Shown: piece after piece, positions 25,201 through 37,200 of the stretch
Position numbering within the stretch: position 1 is the stretch's first letter
Layout: the number at the start of each line of letters is the position of its first letter
From: Eubacteriales bacterium
Lineage (GTDB): Bacteria > Bacillota > Clostridia > Oscillospirales > CAG-272
Reading direction: 5' to 3'
DNA length: 64,000 nucleotides
NCBI GenBank assembly: GCA_045589435.1
Contig: JAZNPB010000140.1
Location: 1,428-65,427 of the forward strand
The notes under the pieces: generated by a model
Database searches by the model: none
Seen by the model: the letters and a program-made list of their open reading frames with translations, nothing else
What the model was told of the DNA's origin: nothing
Made by a program: the position numbers and the translations under genes

Positions 25201-28200
25201 CAACAACTTCCTCAGCAGGAACTACCTGCTCGATAACAACTTCCTCTGCAGCTGCAGCGGAAATAACCTTAGTCTTATTAGAGTCTTCTGTAAGAATGTA
25301 TCCTGTATAGGTCTTTTCAGGTTCGGTTTCAGGAGCTTCGGAAACTTCTTCTACAGTCTCTACTTCATCGGGAAGAACTGTTACGATTTCCTCACCGGTG
25401 TGAAGAACCTCATCAACAGCGTCTTCCTTAACAGGAGTTTCTCTGAACTTCTCTGTGATTGTGTATTCGCCGTTTGCCTTTGGAGCTACAACAAGCTTTT
25501 CTTCAATAGGAGCATCTTCCATTGCTACTGCAGGAATGATAAGCTCGCTATCCTCATGAGACTTAACTGCATAGTCAAGCTCAAATCTTGCTTCGATAAC
25601 CTTTGTCTTGGAAGGGTCGATAGAAAGCTTATAGCCACCCTTATCGATCTCGGTTACAGGCTCTGCCGCAAACTTCTTCGCAGAATCGGGCTCCTCTGTA
25701 ATTACGAACGCGCCTTCAGCAGTCTTTTCGGGAGCTGCCTTCTTGGTCTTTTCAGCTGCTTTCTTAACCTTTTCAGGTACAGCCTTCTTAGCCTTCTTGG
25801 AAGTTGCCTTCTCCTCTGTAGGCTCGTCGTCGGAAACAACGGTTACGATCTCTTCGCCAACGTGAAGAATTTCATCTTCAACTGCAGCGGGAGCTTCAGG
25901 CTTAGAAACCTTTCTGATTTCTTCTGTAATTGTGTATTTGCTGTTAGCCTTGGGAGCTTCAACCTTTGTAACGGTTGTCTGTTCGGGCTCTGTAGTAGCA
26001 GCTCTCTCTACGATAACCTTTGCAGAGGACTTATCCTCGGTGATAACGCGCTTTGCCTCGTGTACAACGATCGTTCCAATGCTATCGTAATCAGACTTTT
26101 CAGTCTTTTCAGCAACTTCAACGTCGCTTGTAAGAATAGCGTAGGAATCTTCCTCCACAGGTTCGCTGTGAACTGCATTTACGGATTCAGGAGTGATAAC
26201 GGATACGTCATCAGCCTCTGTAAGGAATCCGTCTTCCTCATCAAGAATCTTGCCGGGCTCGCCTCTCTGTGCTGTCCATGTGGATTCTCTCTTTTCCTCA
26301 TGGATGGAGTATGCGCCCTTCTTTGCCTTGGTTGTCTTCTGGGCGCCGCCCTCGATAACCTTGGTAGATTCTTCGTCTATCACAACCTCGTGAGCCTCTT
26401 CGCCGGCTGGGATAGTCTTTGTATATTCATCAAGAACGAAAACTTCATGCTTTTCCTCGTCAGAAGGTGCCGCCTCAATTGTCTTGGTGCTGTCATCAAG
26501 AACAAGGATCTCGCGCTTTCCTTCTGCGTCGGATGCTGCATCGATAACCAACGACTGATTGTCAGCCTCAGTTATTTCATATACAGTAAGAGGCTTTTCT
26601 GCTTCAACAGGTGTTGCGGAAACGATCTTCTTACCGTTTTCGTCAGATGTTACTGTGTACTTAAGCTCGGATCTGCCTTCGATCTTCTTCGCCTGTGCAG
26701 GATCTACGGAAATCTTGTATGTTTCCTTTTCGATCTCGGTTACAGGTGCCGCCTCAAATCTCTTTGCAGAATCGGGCTCTTCGGTAATGGTATAGCCTGC
26801 CGCGGTCTTGGGTGCTTCTGCTACAGGAGCATCTTCAACTACGGTTACTATTTCATCACCTGTATGAAGAACTTCATCTTCGATAGCCGCAGGCTCGGAA
26901 GCCTTGGGAGCTACTCTGATTTCCTCTGTGATGGAGTATACGTTGTTACCCTTAGGTGCGCTGATTGTTTTAACCTCGGATACCTTTTCAGGAACCTTAG
27001 CTGTAACGATCTTTGTTGCATCCTCATCAACGGCAACAACCTTCTGTACGGGAGCTTCTTCAACAGTTGCTTCCTCTACAGGAGCATCCTCAACCACTGT
27101 TACGATCTCTTCACCTACGTGGAGAACCTCATCAGAAGCCTCGGGAGCTTCCTCAACAGCAGCTACGCCTGCAATAGTCTTTGCCTTAGTAGGATCAACT
27201 GTGAGTGTATAACCGCCCTTAAGAGGAGCTGCTTCAAAGGTCTTTGCAGAGCCGGGCTCTTCTGTAATAGCGTAGGTTCCTTCTGCCTTGGGAGATTCGG
27301 TAACCTCGGTTACGATCTCCTCTGCCTCGTGAGCTTCGGTATCGATAGCCTGATCTACTACGAAGCGGCGATCGTCTGCGATCTCATCAGCGGGAGCTTC
27401 AGATTCAACAGTCTGTCTGAGTTCTTCTGTGATTGTGTATGCGTTATTAGCCTTTGGAGCTTCAACAACTCTGGTTTCTCTCTTTTCGATAACCTTTGCA
27501 GAAGCCTCGTCAACTACAACGTCGCGCTTTTCAGCTGCAGGCTCATCTGCAAGTACGGTTACAACTTCCTCGCCTTCGTAAACGACGTCGTCTACTACTT
27601 CAGCTACAGCCTCAGGCTCTGCTGCCGCGGGAATATCTCTGATATCCTCGATAAGCATGTATGAGCCGTGCTTCTTGCCCTCGATAACCTTTGTTGCGGT
27701 TGTATCGATGGTGATTACCTTTTCAGGAGCAGCCTCGGAAACAACCTCCTCTGCGATTTCATCAACAGGACTTTCCTCTATGATCTCAGGAATAGTTCCG
27801 TCAAACTCAACTTCCATAAGCTGAGGCTCAACTGCTTCTTCTGTTACAGACTCAACAGTTTCCTCATCAGCTACAGCTTCTTCAGCTACAGGAGCAGATA
27901 CAGGTTTTCTGAATTCTTCGGTGATCGTGTAAACGCCGTATGCCTTTGGTGCGGAAACTACCTTGGTCTCGGTAGCCTCTGTTGCAACTTCGCTTACTTC
28001 GTCATCGAGTACCGCTACGGTTTCTTCTGCCTCGGAAGTAGACTCAACTACCTCAGGTGCTTCCTCTACCGTAGGAGCCTCTTGAGGAGCCATTTCTCTG
28101 ATCTCTTCAGTAATTATATATGAACCTTCAGCAGCAGGTGCCTTGATGGCTGCACCTTCAATAACCTTCGTTGCCTGGGTGTCAATTACTATCTTGCGAA

Positions 28201-31200
28201 CCGCAGCAGGAGCTTCCTCTGCAGGTGCTTCGGATGCATCGGGCGCGCTTTCAGTATCAGATGTAGACTCAACAGTTTCAGGAGCTGCAATGTCAACTAC
28301 TTCAACTACATCAGAAGTTCCTTCAGCTCTTTCTTCTGTTTCTTTTATGTCCTCTGTAACATCATGAACAACCTCTTCGCTTGGAGCTTCAGCTACGCCT
28401 GCAAGCTTGAGAGCAGAATCAGCGTGTTCAACAATTACATAAGATTCGCCATTACCCATTCCAGCGATCTTCTTCGCTTCGTCGGGTTTTTCGGTTAAAA
28501 TGTAACCTTTAGTTATGGTTTCGATAGGTTCTGCATGAGTTTCCTCTACTTCGTCAGTAACGGTCTCTTCAGAATCAGGTGTTTCATCAGCAGGAGCTTC
28601 CTCTGTGGTAGCAGCCTCAACAACCTTTTCGATCTCGGGCTCTGCTACTGCCTCAACTACCTCTTCTTCTGCAGAATCTTCTGCTTTTTCTGTTATTACG
28701 ATGGTGTCACCGTATTCGGGACGATCAGACTTATCAGCCTCTACCTGGTGGTCGGAGGTGAGAGTCGCGTACTCGGAAACGGGTTCATCGGGAGCGCTTT
28801 CGGTAGCAGGAGCTTCTTCTACAGATTCCTCTGCTACAGTTTCTTCGCCAGCTGCACGAACAGGAGGCTCAACAGAAACGTCCTCATATCCCTCACCGGT
28901 GCTCTCGTCGGAAACGTCAACCTCGCCGGGCTCAACTGCCTCTGCAGACACAGGAGCTGCCAGAACTTCTTCAGCTTCAGCTACTTCCTCAGCTACTTCT
29001 TCAGCCACTTCCGCAACAGTTGCGGGAACGGATCTTGAGAAGTCCTCGGTGATTACATATCCACCGTTGCCCTTAGCCTTTTTGGAAACCTTTGCTTCGA
29101 CAGCTGCGGGTGCTTCGTCTTCAACAACTGTTACGATCTCCTCTGCAGCGTCAGCCTCAGATACAGATTCTTCAGCTGCAGCCTCTTCGGGTGCCTCTGG
29201 AACAACGATCTCACGAATTTCCTGCTTAATGGAAGATGGGATCTCGCATATCAGTTCTCTGCGTCCATCCTCGTAAACGAGATAGTAAGCATCGTTTTCT
29301 TCTTCAATCTCCTTACCGAGAGATGCGAAGACGAATATGGACAGGTGGCTAATGGGAACAAGGTAAATGTGTTCCGATGTAATTCTATCGATGATAGAGT
29401 CTTGACTCTTTGCAGCATCTACGGAAGACATATGCTTTCCGAGCATAGACTTCACGATGTTTGCATAAGCTATGGCTCTGATCTCATCGGTGATTCTGGG
29501 ATTATTGATATTACTTACAATGTCCTTACAGAACTTGATAAACTTGTTATCGTAAGGAATCGCAATGTAAATGTGTCCGTTACCGTCAGTATCCTTGAAG
29601 TCGGATACCTGAGATCTGGTGTTTGCACCGTAAACGTTGATGTCACATTTTGCGGAGAACTTGTGCTTCTGGTATCCATTGTAAACGGATCTGATAGCGC
29701 TTGCAAGCTTTCTGTCGATCTTGAACTCGCCAAGGTCATTACCCTTGAGTGCCTTATAGGAGATTGCGGCTCTTGTATCGCCGTTTGCCTCAAGTGTTTC
29801 ACAAAGCTTTGTAAGTGCTGCCTTGTCGAACGCCATGTTGAAGGCCTTAACCTTCGCAGGAATATCAACGAATACGATAAGCTTGAAGTTTTCCTTATCG
29901 CCATACTTATGAAGTACACGGCGAAGTTCATTTACTTCAACGGTAGTAACTCCGCTATTATGCTTAACGGTAGCGTTAACTACGTTAATGATAGGATCCT
30001 TTTCAACTTCTTCAGCAGTTGTACCTGCGTACGAATAAGTTACGTAAAGGTGAGAATCAAACTTATAATCACGAGCACTGTAATTTATGAGATCGTTAAC
30101 GTTCATGCGCTGTGCGCCAGGCTTGGATTCCTCGGAACTTGCGCCATCGGAAACGCTCTCAACGATCTTATAACCACTCTTCTTTGTGATTACCGTAGGA
30201 TCTTCCTCAACAGGTGCATCCTTATATGCTTCTACGATTGTATAAGCGGGCTTATGAGCTCTGATGATAACGTTTTCAGGCTCTTTTGCCGCAGTTTCTT
30301 CTGCGGGAGCTTCCTCTACAGGCTCGTCATCAACACGAACAGGCTCCGGCTTATCAGTAGGAGTAACTTCAGGAGCGTCGCAAACAACTACGTCATCAGC
30401 AGCATCCTTTGCCTTCTCTACAGGAGTTTCGTAGATTGCATAACCCATGCTGTGCTTGGGTGCGGGAGTTTCTTCTGCCTCGGGAGCAGGCTCCTCTGCA
30501 GGAGTTTCCTCAACGGGAGTTTCTTCAACAGGTGCATCCTCAACTACGGATACCTCACCTGCCTCATCTCCCTCGGGAGCAGTTTCTTCAGCAGGCTCTG
30601 CTACGACTTCGGATACTTCCTCTGCCTCGCCCATTGGGATAGTATCAACGTCATCCTTTTCACCGGGAACAACGTCATCAACATCAAGAATGTATCCCAT
30701 GAACTCCTCAGCAGTTGTTTCAGGAGGAAGATCAACCTTAACCGACTTCATCTCCTCGAAGTTCTCGACAATGTGACGATGTCCTTCTTCTTCAACCACT
30801 ACAGGCTCTGCTTCCTTATTGATGAGACTTGCATCTGTTACTACATATGCATTGATAGGATTCTCATCATCGGGATTTATGATAATTGGAATTACATTTG
30901 CGTTAGGATCGATAGTTGTCAAAGGCTTAGCCTCAGACTCAACTTCGATAGCCTCTTTTTCTTCTGCTTCGGCAAGAGTGAACTTTGCAAGCTTAGGAAG
31001 AACTGTATCGGAATCCTCAACGTTCTTTGCACTTGCGCGAGCAATGTGTGCCTCAGCGATCTGACCCTCTGCAAGAGGTACTGCCTCGTAGCTCTTATCG
31101 TCTGCGCGAGCGATCTGAACTGCGGCAAGCTGACCAATAGCTGCCTCACCTGCATCATAGGTCTTACCGTCTGCCTTTGCGATGCTTGCTTCAGCAACGT

Positions 31201-34200
31201 GGCCTACTGCTGCATCGGTATCGGAAACAGTCTTTTCATCTGCAGATGCAAGAGTGAATGTAGCAAGCTTAGGAATAGTTGTTTCTCTATCATCTGCCGC
31301 CTTCTCACCTGCATGAGCGATTTCAACTTCTGCAAGCTGGCCGATCACAGTTTCGCCTGCATCATATGTCTTACCGTCCGCACTTGCAACGTAAACGTCA
31401 GCGAGTCTACCCTCAACAGGTGTTATCTCGTCAAATACCTTTTCGTCTGCGCGAGCGATCTGGGTTTCAATGATCTTGCCCTTGATACCATCGTTGGTTT
31501 CAAGAACTCTGGACTCTGCACGAGCAATATCAACTGTAGCAAGTCTACCGTCAACCACTACCGCGTCAAATGCCTTTTCATCTGCGCGAGCAACGTCTAC
31601 TGCTGCGAGTTTTCCGTCAACAGAAGCTACCTCGCCAAGATCTGCTACGTCTGCACGAGCGATCTGAGTTTCGATGATCTTGCCCTTGATAGTATCCTTG
31701 GTTTCGAGAACCTTGGACTCTGCACGAGCGATATTAACCTCTGCAAGTCTTGCTTCGGCAGAACCTGCATCACCAAGAGTTACCTCGTCAGCACTTGCAA
31801 GATCTGCATCAGCGAGTTTGCTTTCAACATGATCTGCATCGCCGAGATCAGCAGCGTCTGCACGGGCGATTTCTACACCGGCAAGTTTAGCGTCAACAGA
31901 AGCTACCTCGCCAAGATCTGCTACGTCTGCGCGAGCGATCTGAGTTTCGATGATCTTGCCCTTGATTGTGTCCTTAGTTTCGAGAACCTTGGACTCTGCA
32001 TGAGCGATCTTAACCTCTGCAAGTCTTGCTTCAGCAGAACCTGCATCACCAAGAGTTACCTCGTCAGCACTTGCAACGCTTACTTCAGCCAGTTTTGCCT
32101 TAACGTCAGCTACCTCGCCAAGATCTGCCACGTCTGCACGAGCAATCTGGGTTTCAATGATCTTGCCCTTGATAGTATCCTTTGTTTCAAGAACTCTGGA
32201 CTCTGCACGAGCAATATTTGTTTCTGCAATTCTGCCTTCAACAGAATCAACGTCACCTGCATCCTTTATATCAGCATGAGCGATATTAGTAGCAGCGATG
32301 TGACCGATGACGTTATCAGTTTCGCTTGTTTCTACTGTTTCAGCCTGTGCAACTGCGGATTTAGCAACGTGTCCCTCTGCTGCTACAAACTCGTCGCCGA
32401 TCTTTGTATCAGCCTGTGCAACGACAACGTCCTCGATAGCAAGCAGCTCTGTGGGAGCAGATTCTTCTATCACCTCAGGAAGTTCAGTCTTAATAACTGT
32501 CTTAATATCGTGGTCCTCGATAATGCGAGGCATGTAAGAATAGTAATCAGTTTCAGACTCGATGCTTTCTTCGGTAGTTCCTACATTATTATTGATAAAG
32601 CGAACTTCAGTATGGGATCCTTCACCATCTGCAAGAGGAGCAGACTCGGAAAGAGCGCTCTCTGTTTCGGGAGATTCTTCGGATGCTTCGCCATCTATGG
32701 GAGTAATCATCTCAACGGAAGCAGCATCCTCATATTCCATCTCAAGAACTACGCCTGGGATAACCTTCGCAGAGTCAACGTCCTCAAATATGATAGGTGT
32801 ACGAGGACGGAGATAAGAGCAGATCTCGGTTACTACTGTATCCTTGAAGGTATCACAGCTTGTAACGTAATCAGCAATTTCTTCGATAGTTACGCCGGTT
32901 TCACCGATATCAATTCCGCGAGCGGCAAGATATTCAGCGATAGCCTGATGAAGTTCTTCTTTGGTTGTATCTTCAGGTATACCGGAAATTATTCTTACTG
33001 AATCCGCATCCTCATAAATACGAGGATAAATGAATGGAATAAATTCTGTATACTCTGTGGTTTCAGTTGTGGATTCGGTGGAATTAAGGTAATCAGCAGA
33101 TGCGGATGCAGGCTCTACGGGCTCTACAGACTCGAACATGGAAGAATGAACAACGTCATTATCTGCCACTACTCTGGAGAGAACTTCTTCGAACTCTTCA
33201 TCATCAACTACGGAGATTATACTGTCATCCTCGAATACGGGTTTAGGTGTTTCGGCTTCCTCACTAGCTGCGGGAGCTTTTTCTTCAGCAGGTGCTACAG
33301 GTTCGCCGATAACGGGACCTGTTTCATCTCTTGAAAGCTTAGCGCCCTCGTCCAGAGGCTTAGTTTCTTCTTTTGGAGCAGCCTTTGGCTCTTCTGCAGG
33401 AGCTTTTGCTTCCTCAGTAGTTTCAGCAGCTTTTTCAGGAGGTGTTACAGTAACATTATCAAATACTTCAACGTGTCCGGGCTCGGATGCGCTTTCTGCA
33501 CTCTTGGGAGCCACTTTATCTGTAACTACCAGCTGCTTGCCCTCAAGGCTCTTAAGAAGATCGTAAACGGGACAAGTGAGAGGTACCTGAACCTGAGGCT
33601 GAGCCTTTGCTTCCTCCTCGGGCTGTGCAGAAGATCTAGACTTTTCAGATACGATACCCTTTACGGAATCGTCTTCTCTTGCACCATAGTTAATGGGAGA
33701 ATCAACGCCCATTCCTGCGTAAGGAGCGGAAGTGCTGGAAACAGCATCATTTACATTCATGCCACTGCGGCCCTGACCACCGTAAACTACAGAATCAGCA
33801 GCAGCTGTTCCTTCACCTGCGCCCTGTGCTGCATCAGCAGTGCTTTCGCCCTTGCCGTCAACGCGTGTGGTTGCATCAACATTTTCGAAGATGTAAGGAA
33901 TATTAGGCATGATAAGCGTGTCACTCTCTGCAGCATCAGCCTTTTCAGCATCTGTCGCGGGAGCTACGCCGTCTTTTCTTGCAGCTTCCTTTGCATATTC
34001 AGCAGCTTCTTTTGCATACATTGCTGCTTCTTTTGCATATTCAGCTACGGATTTATCATCTGCTTCAACATCAGCAACGACAGCAGCAACAGAACCGTCT
34101 GCCTCATCCTTTGTGCCTGGGATTACCAACGCAGCGTCTGCATCCTCGAAGATACGGTTCATAAGAGGACGAATCGCGGACTCATCTTCCTCTGCGCTTG

Positions 34201-37200
34201 CCTTTTCCTTCTCGGGCTCTGCTACGGTAGAAGCAGCAGTCTTTTCTCCTGCTTCCTTAGCTCTGATGTATTCAGCAATTTCTTTTGCATACATTGCCGC
34301 TTCTTTTGCATATTCAGCGGCAGTCTTGTCATCTGCGGGAGCAGATCCTTCATTGGTGTCAGTAACTACGGCAGCTACAACTGCAGAATCGTCTGCCTTT
34401 TCTTCCTCGGTCTTTGTGCCGGGAATTACCAATGCGGCGTCTGCATCCTCAAAGATGCGATTCATAAGAGGACGAAGCTTGGACTCGTCTTCCTCTGTGT
34501 GAGCTTTTGCCTTTTCGGGCTCTGCTGCAACAGCGGTAGCCTCAGTTTCGGACTCTTTTGTCTTTTCTGCTGTCTCGAGAGTCTTCTCGGAAACAGCCTT
34601 TTCGTCTGCAGGAGCAGATCCATCCTTAGTATCAGCAACTACGGCTGCTACAAGTGTGGAATCCTCTACCTTTTCTTCCTCGGCCTTTGTACCGGGGATG
34701 ATCATTGTAGCGTCGGCATCCTCAAAGATACGGTTCATGAATGGACGAAGCTTGGATTCATCTTCCTCTACACGTACCTTTCCTGCAGCATCGGCAGCAT
34801 TTTCTGCACCAAGAGCTGCACCGTCAGCTGAAATAGCAACGGCATCACCGGATCTGGATTCTATTACCTTGCCGTTTGCAACGCACTCACCATCTGTGAT
34901 TACGATAGTAACATCAGCATCCTCATGGATGATTGGAGCGCCGGAACGGATGATAACGGTTTCATCAGATTCAACACCTGCTGCACCGGCAGCTTCTCTT
35001 GCGAGAGCATCAGCCTTTGCAACTGCCTCACCTGCAGGAGATTCTGCATTCGCCTTTGCAAGGTCAACTGCTTCTTTTGCATATCTTGCAGCTTCTCTTG
35101 CGTATTCAGCAGCTTCCTTGGCATAGTCGGCAGCGGATTTTTCTGCATCATCAGCTTTTTCGTCTGCAGAAACAGCAGCTATTACTACGTCTGCATCGGA
35201 CTTATCGCCGGAATCTTTACCTGCGATTATCAATGCAGCATCTACATCCTCAAAGATGCGGTTCATGAGAGGACGGAGCTTGGACTCATCTTCCTCTGCA
35301 CGTGCCTTTCCTGCTGCACCTTCAGTTTCGGTAGCATTTTCTGCACCGTCTACTGTCTTGTCAGCTGCATCTGTATCAGCCGCGCTCTTCTGGCGATCAT
35401 CGGATACTGCAGCGGATTTTTCTTTATCATCAGCTACTGCATCACTTCTGTCATCAACGAAGAGAACAGCCTCTGTATCGGACTCGCCACCCTTTGCGGT
35501 TTCGAGACCTGGGATAATTTTTGTGGAATCGAAGTCTTCGAAGATATAAGGAGTGCTGGGACGAAGACCGGGAACTTCAGGATCTTCTTCCTCGTCTGCC
35601 TCATATTTTGATTTTGATCTTAATTTAGACTTCTTGGAAGCCTTGGATTTCTTGGAAGCCTTTTCATCTCTGCCTTCTTCAGAGGAATCAACGTCATCTG
35701 CGCCTTCAGCGGAAATAACCTTCTCTGTGCCATCGGCAGAAACAACTTCCTTTTCAGCCTCGCCGGAAAGAACCTTTTCTGTTCCGTCAGCTGTAACAAC
35801 TTCTCTTGCACCGTCAGCATCAGCGCGCTGTACGCCCTCTGCCGCCTCAACAACCTTTGCATCTCTCTTTTCAAGAGTATAGGTAGTAGCGCCGGTAGCG
35901 TCGCTCTTTTCAGCAGTAATAATTTCATCTGCAGGACGAGCCGATCCATCAGCTGCTACATGGCGGCCTTCTTCATCAACTCTTGCATAATGCTCTGCTG
36001 CTGCAGCTTCCTTTGCAGTCTTGATTGCTTCTTTTGCATATTCAGCAGCTTCTCTTGCAGAAACAGCAGCCTCTCTTGCGGATTCGGCAGCAGCTCTTGC
36101 GGATTCAGCAGCTTCTTTTGCGGATGCAACTACCTCGCTTGTGTCAGTAGAATCACCAACAGATCTTGCTGCATCGGTGGATTCAACAACACCGGAGGTC
36201 TTTGCCTTATCTGCAGATTCCGAAGCACCGGAACCTACTCTTGTATCATCAGATGCTACAGAAGCTACAACAAGAGCATCCATACCATCTTTCTTATCAT
36301 CAGCAACGTCAACCTTGTTGATGATCTTTGTAGAATCAATATCCTCAAAGATGCGTGAAAGGATAGGACGAATGTTTGCTTCATCCTCTACGTCTGTGTC
36401 GGCAGATGTCTTTACAACCTTTCTGCCATCAGCAGTCTTTTCTGCGCCTCTATCGGATTTAGCAGCTGCCTTGTCATCGGACTTTCCGGAGCCGTAAACT
36501 TTTTCAGCATCTGCGGATTCGCTGATAGCACCTGCCTTTGTAGACTTGATATGCTCGTCAGCTACGCTATCCTTACCGGATCTTTCTTTGTTATCTGCAT
36601 CAACGTCGCGAACTCTTGCAACGTGGTAATCGTAATCGTCACTTGCAGTGCCGGGCCATGGAGCAAGATCATCAGAGATGTCAGTTTCAACAACGGGTGC
36701 CTCTTTCGCACCGGAGATAACAAGCTCGGAATCGGTGTATTCAGCTATATTGGTAGCGATCTGGCGTTTTTCGCCCTTTACGGCATCCTTGCTTGATCTT
36801 CTTCTATTGTCAGCTGCCTTATCAGCGCTATCCTGAGGTCTACCTTCAGATTCGCTGATCTTCTTTTCACCGGATTCAGCTGATGCGTCAGCACCGGCAG
36901 CTCTGTCCTCGGATCTTACATATCTTGCGGACTCTCCGGATGAATCTTTATGATCGGAAGACTTGGTTGCATACGCTTTTTCATCTGCGCTGGCAACGTC
37001 AACGTCAGCAATGCGGCCGTCTGCAGGTCTGCCCTGATCGTAATACTTTTCGTCAGCACCGGCAATTCTGCTGTCAGCGATGCGACCGTCTACAGGTCTG
37101 CCCGCATCATAAGTTCTACCCTCGGCACCGGCGATCTCTGCATCAGCAAGGCGACCTTCAGCGCCTCTACCGGAGCTATAGGTCTTTCCGTCAGCACCTG

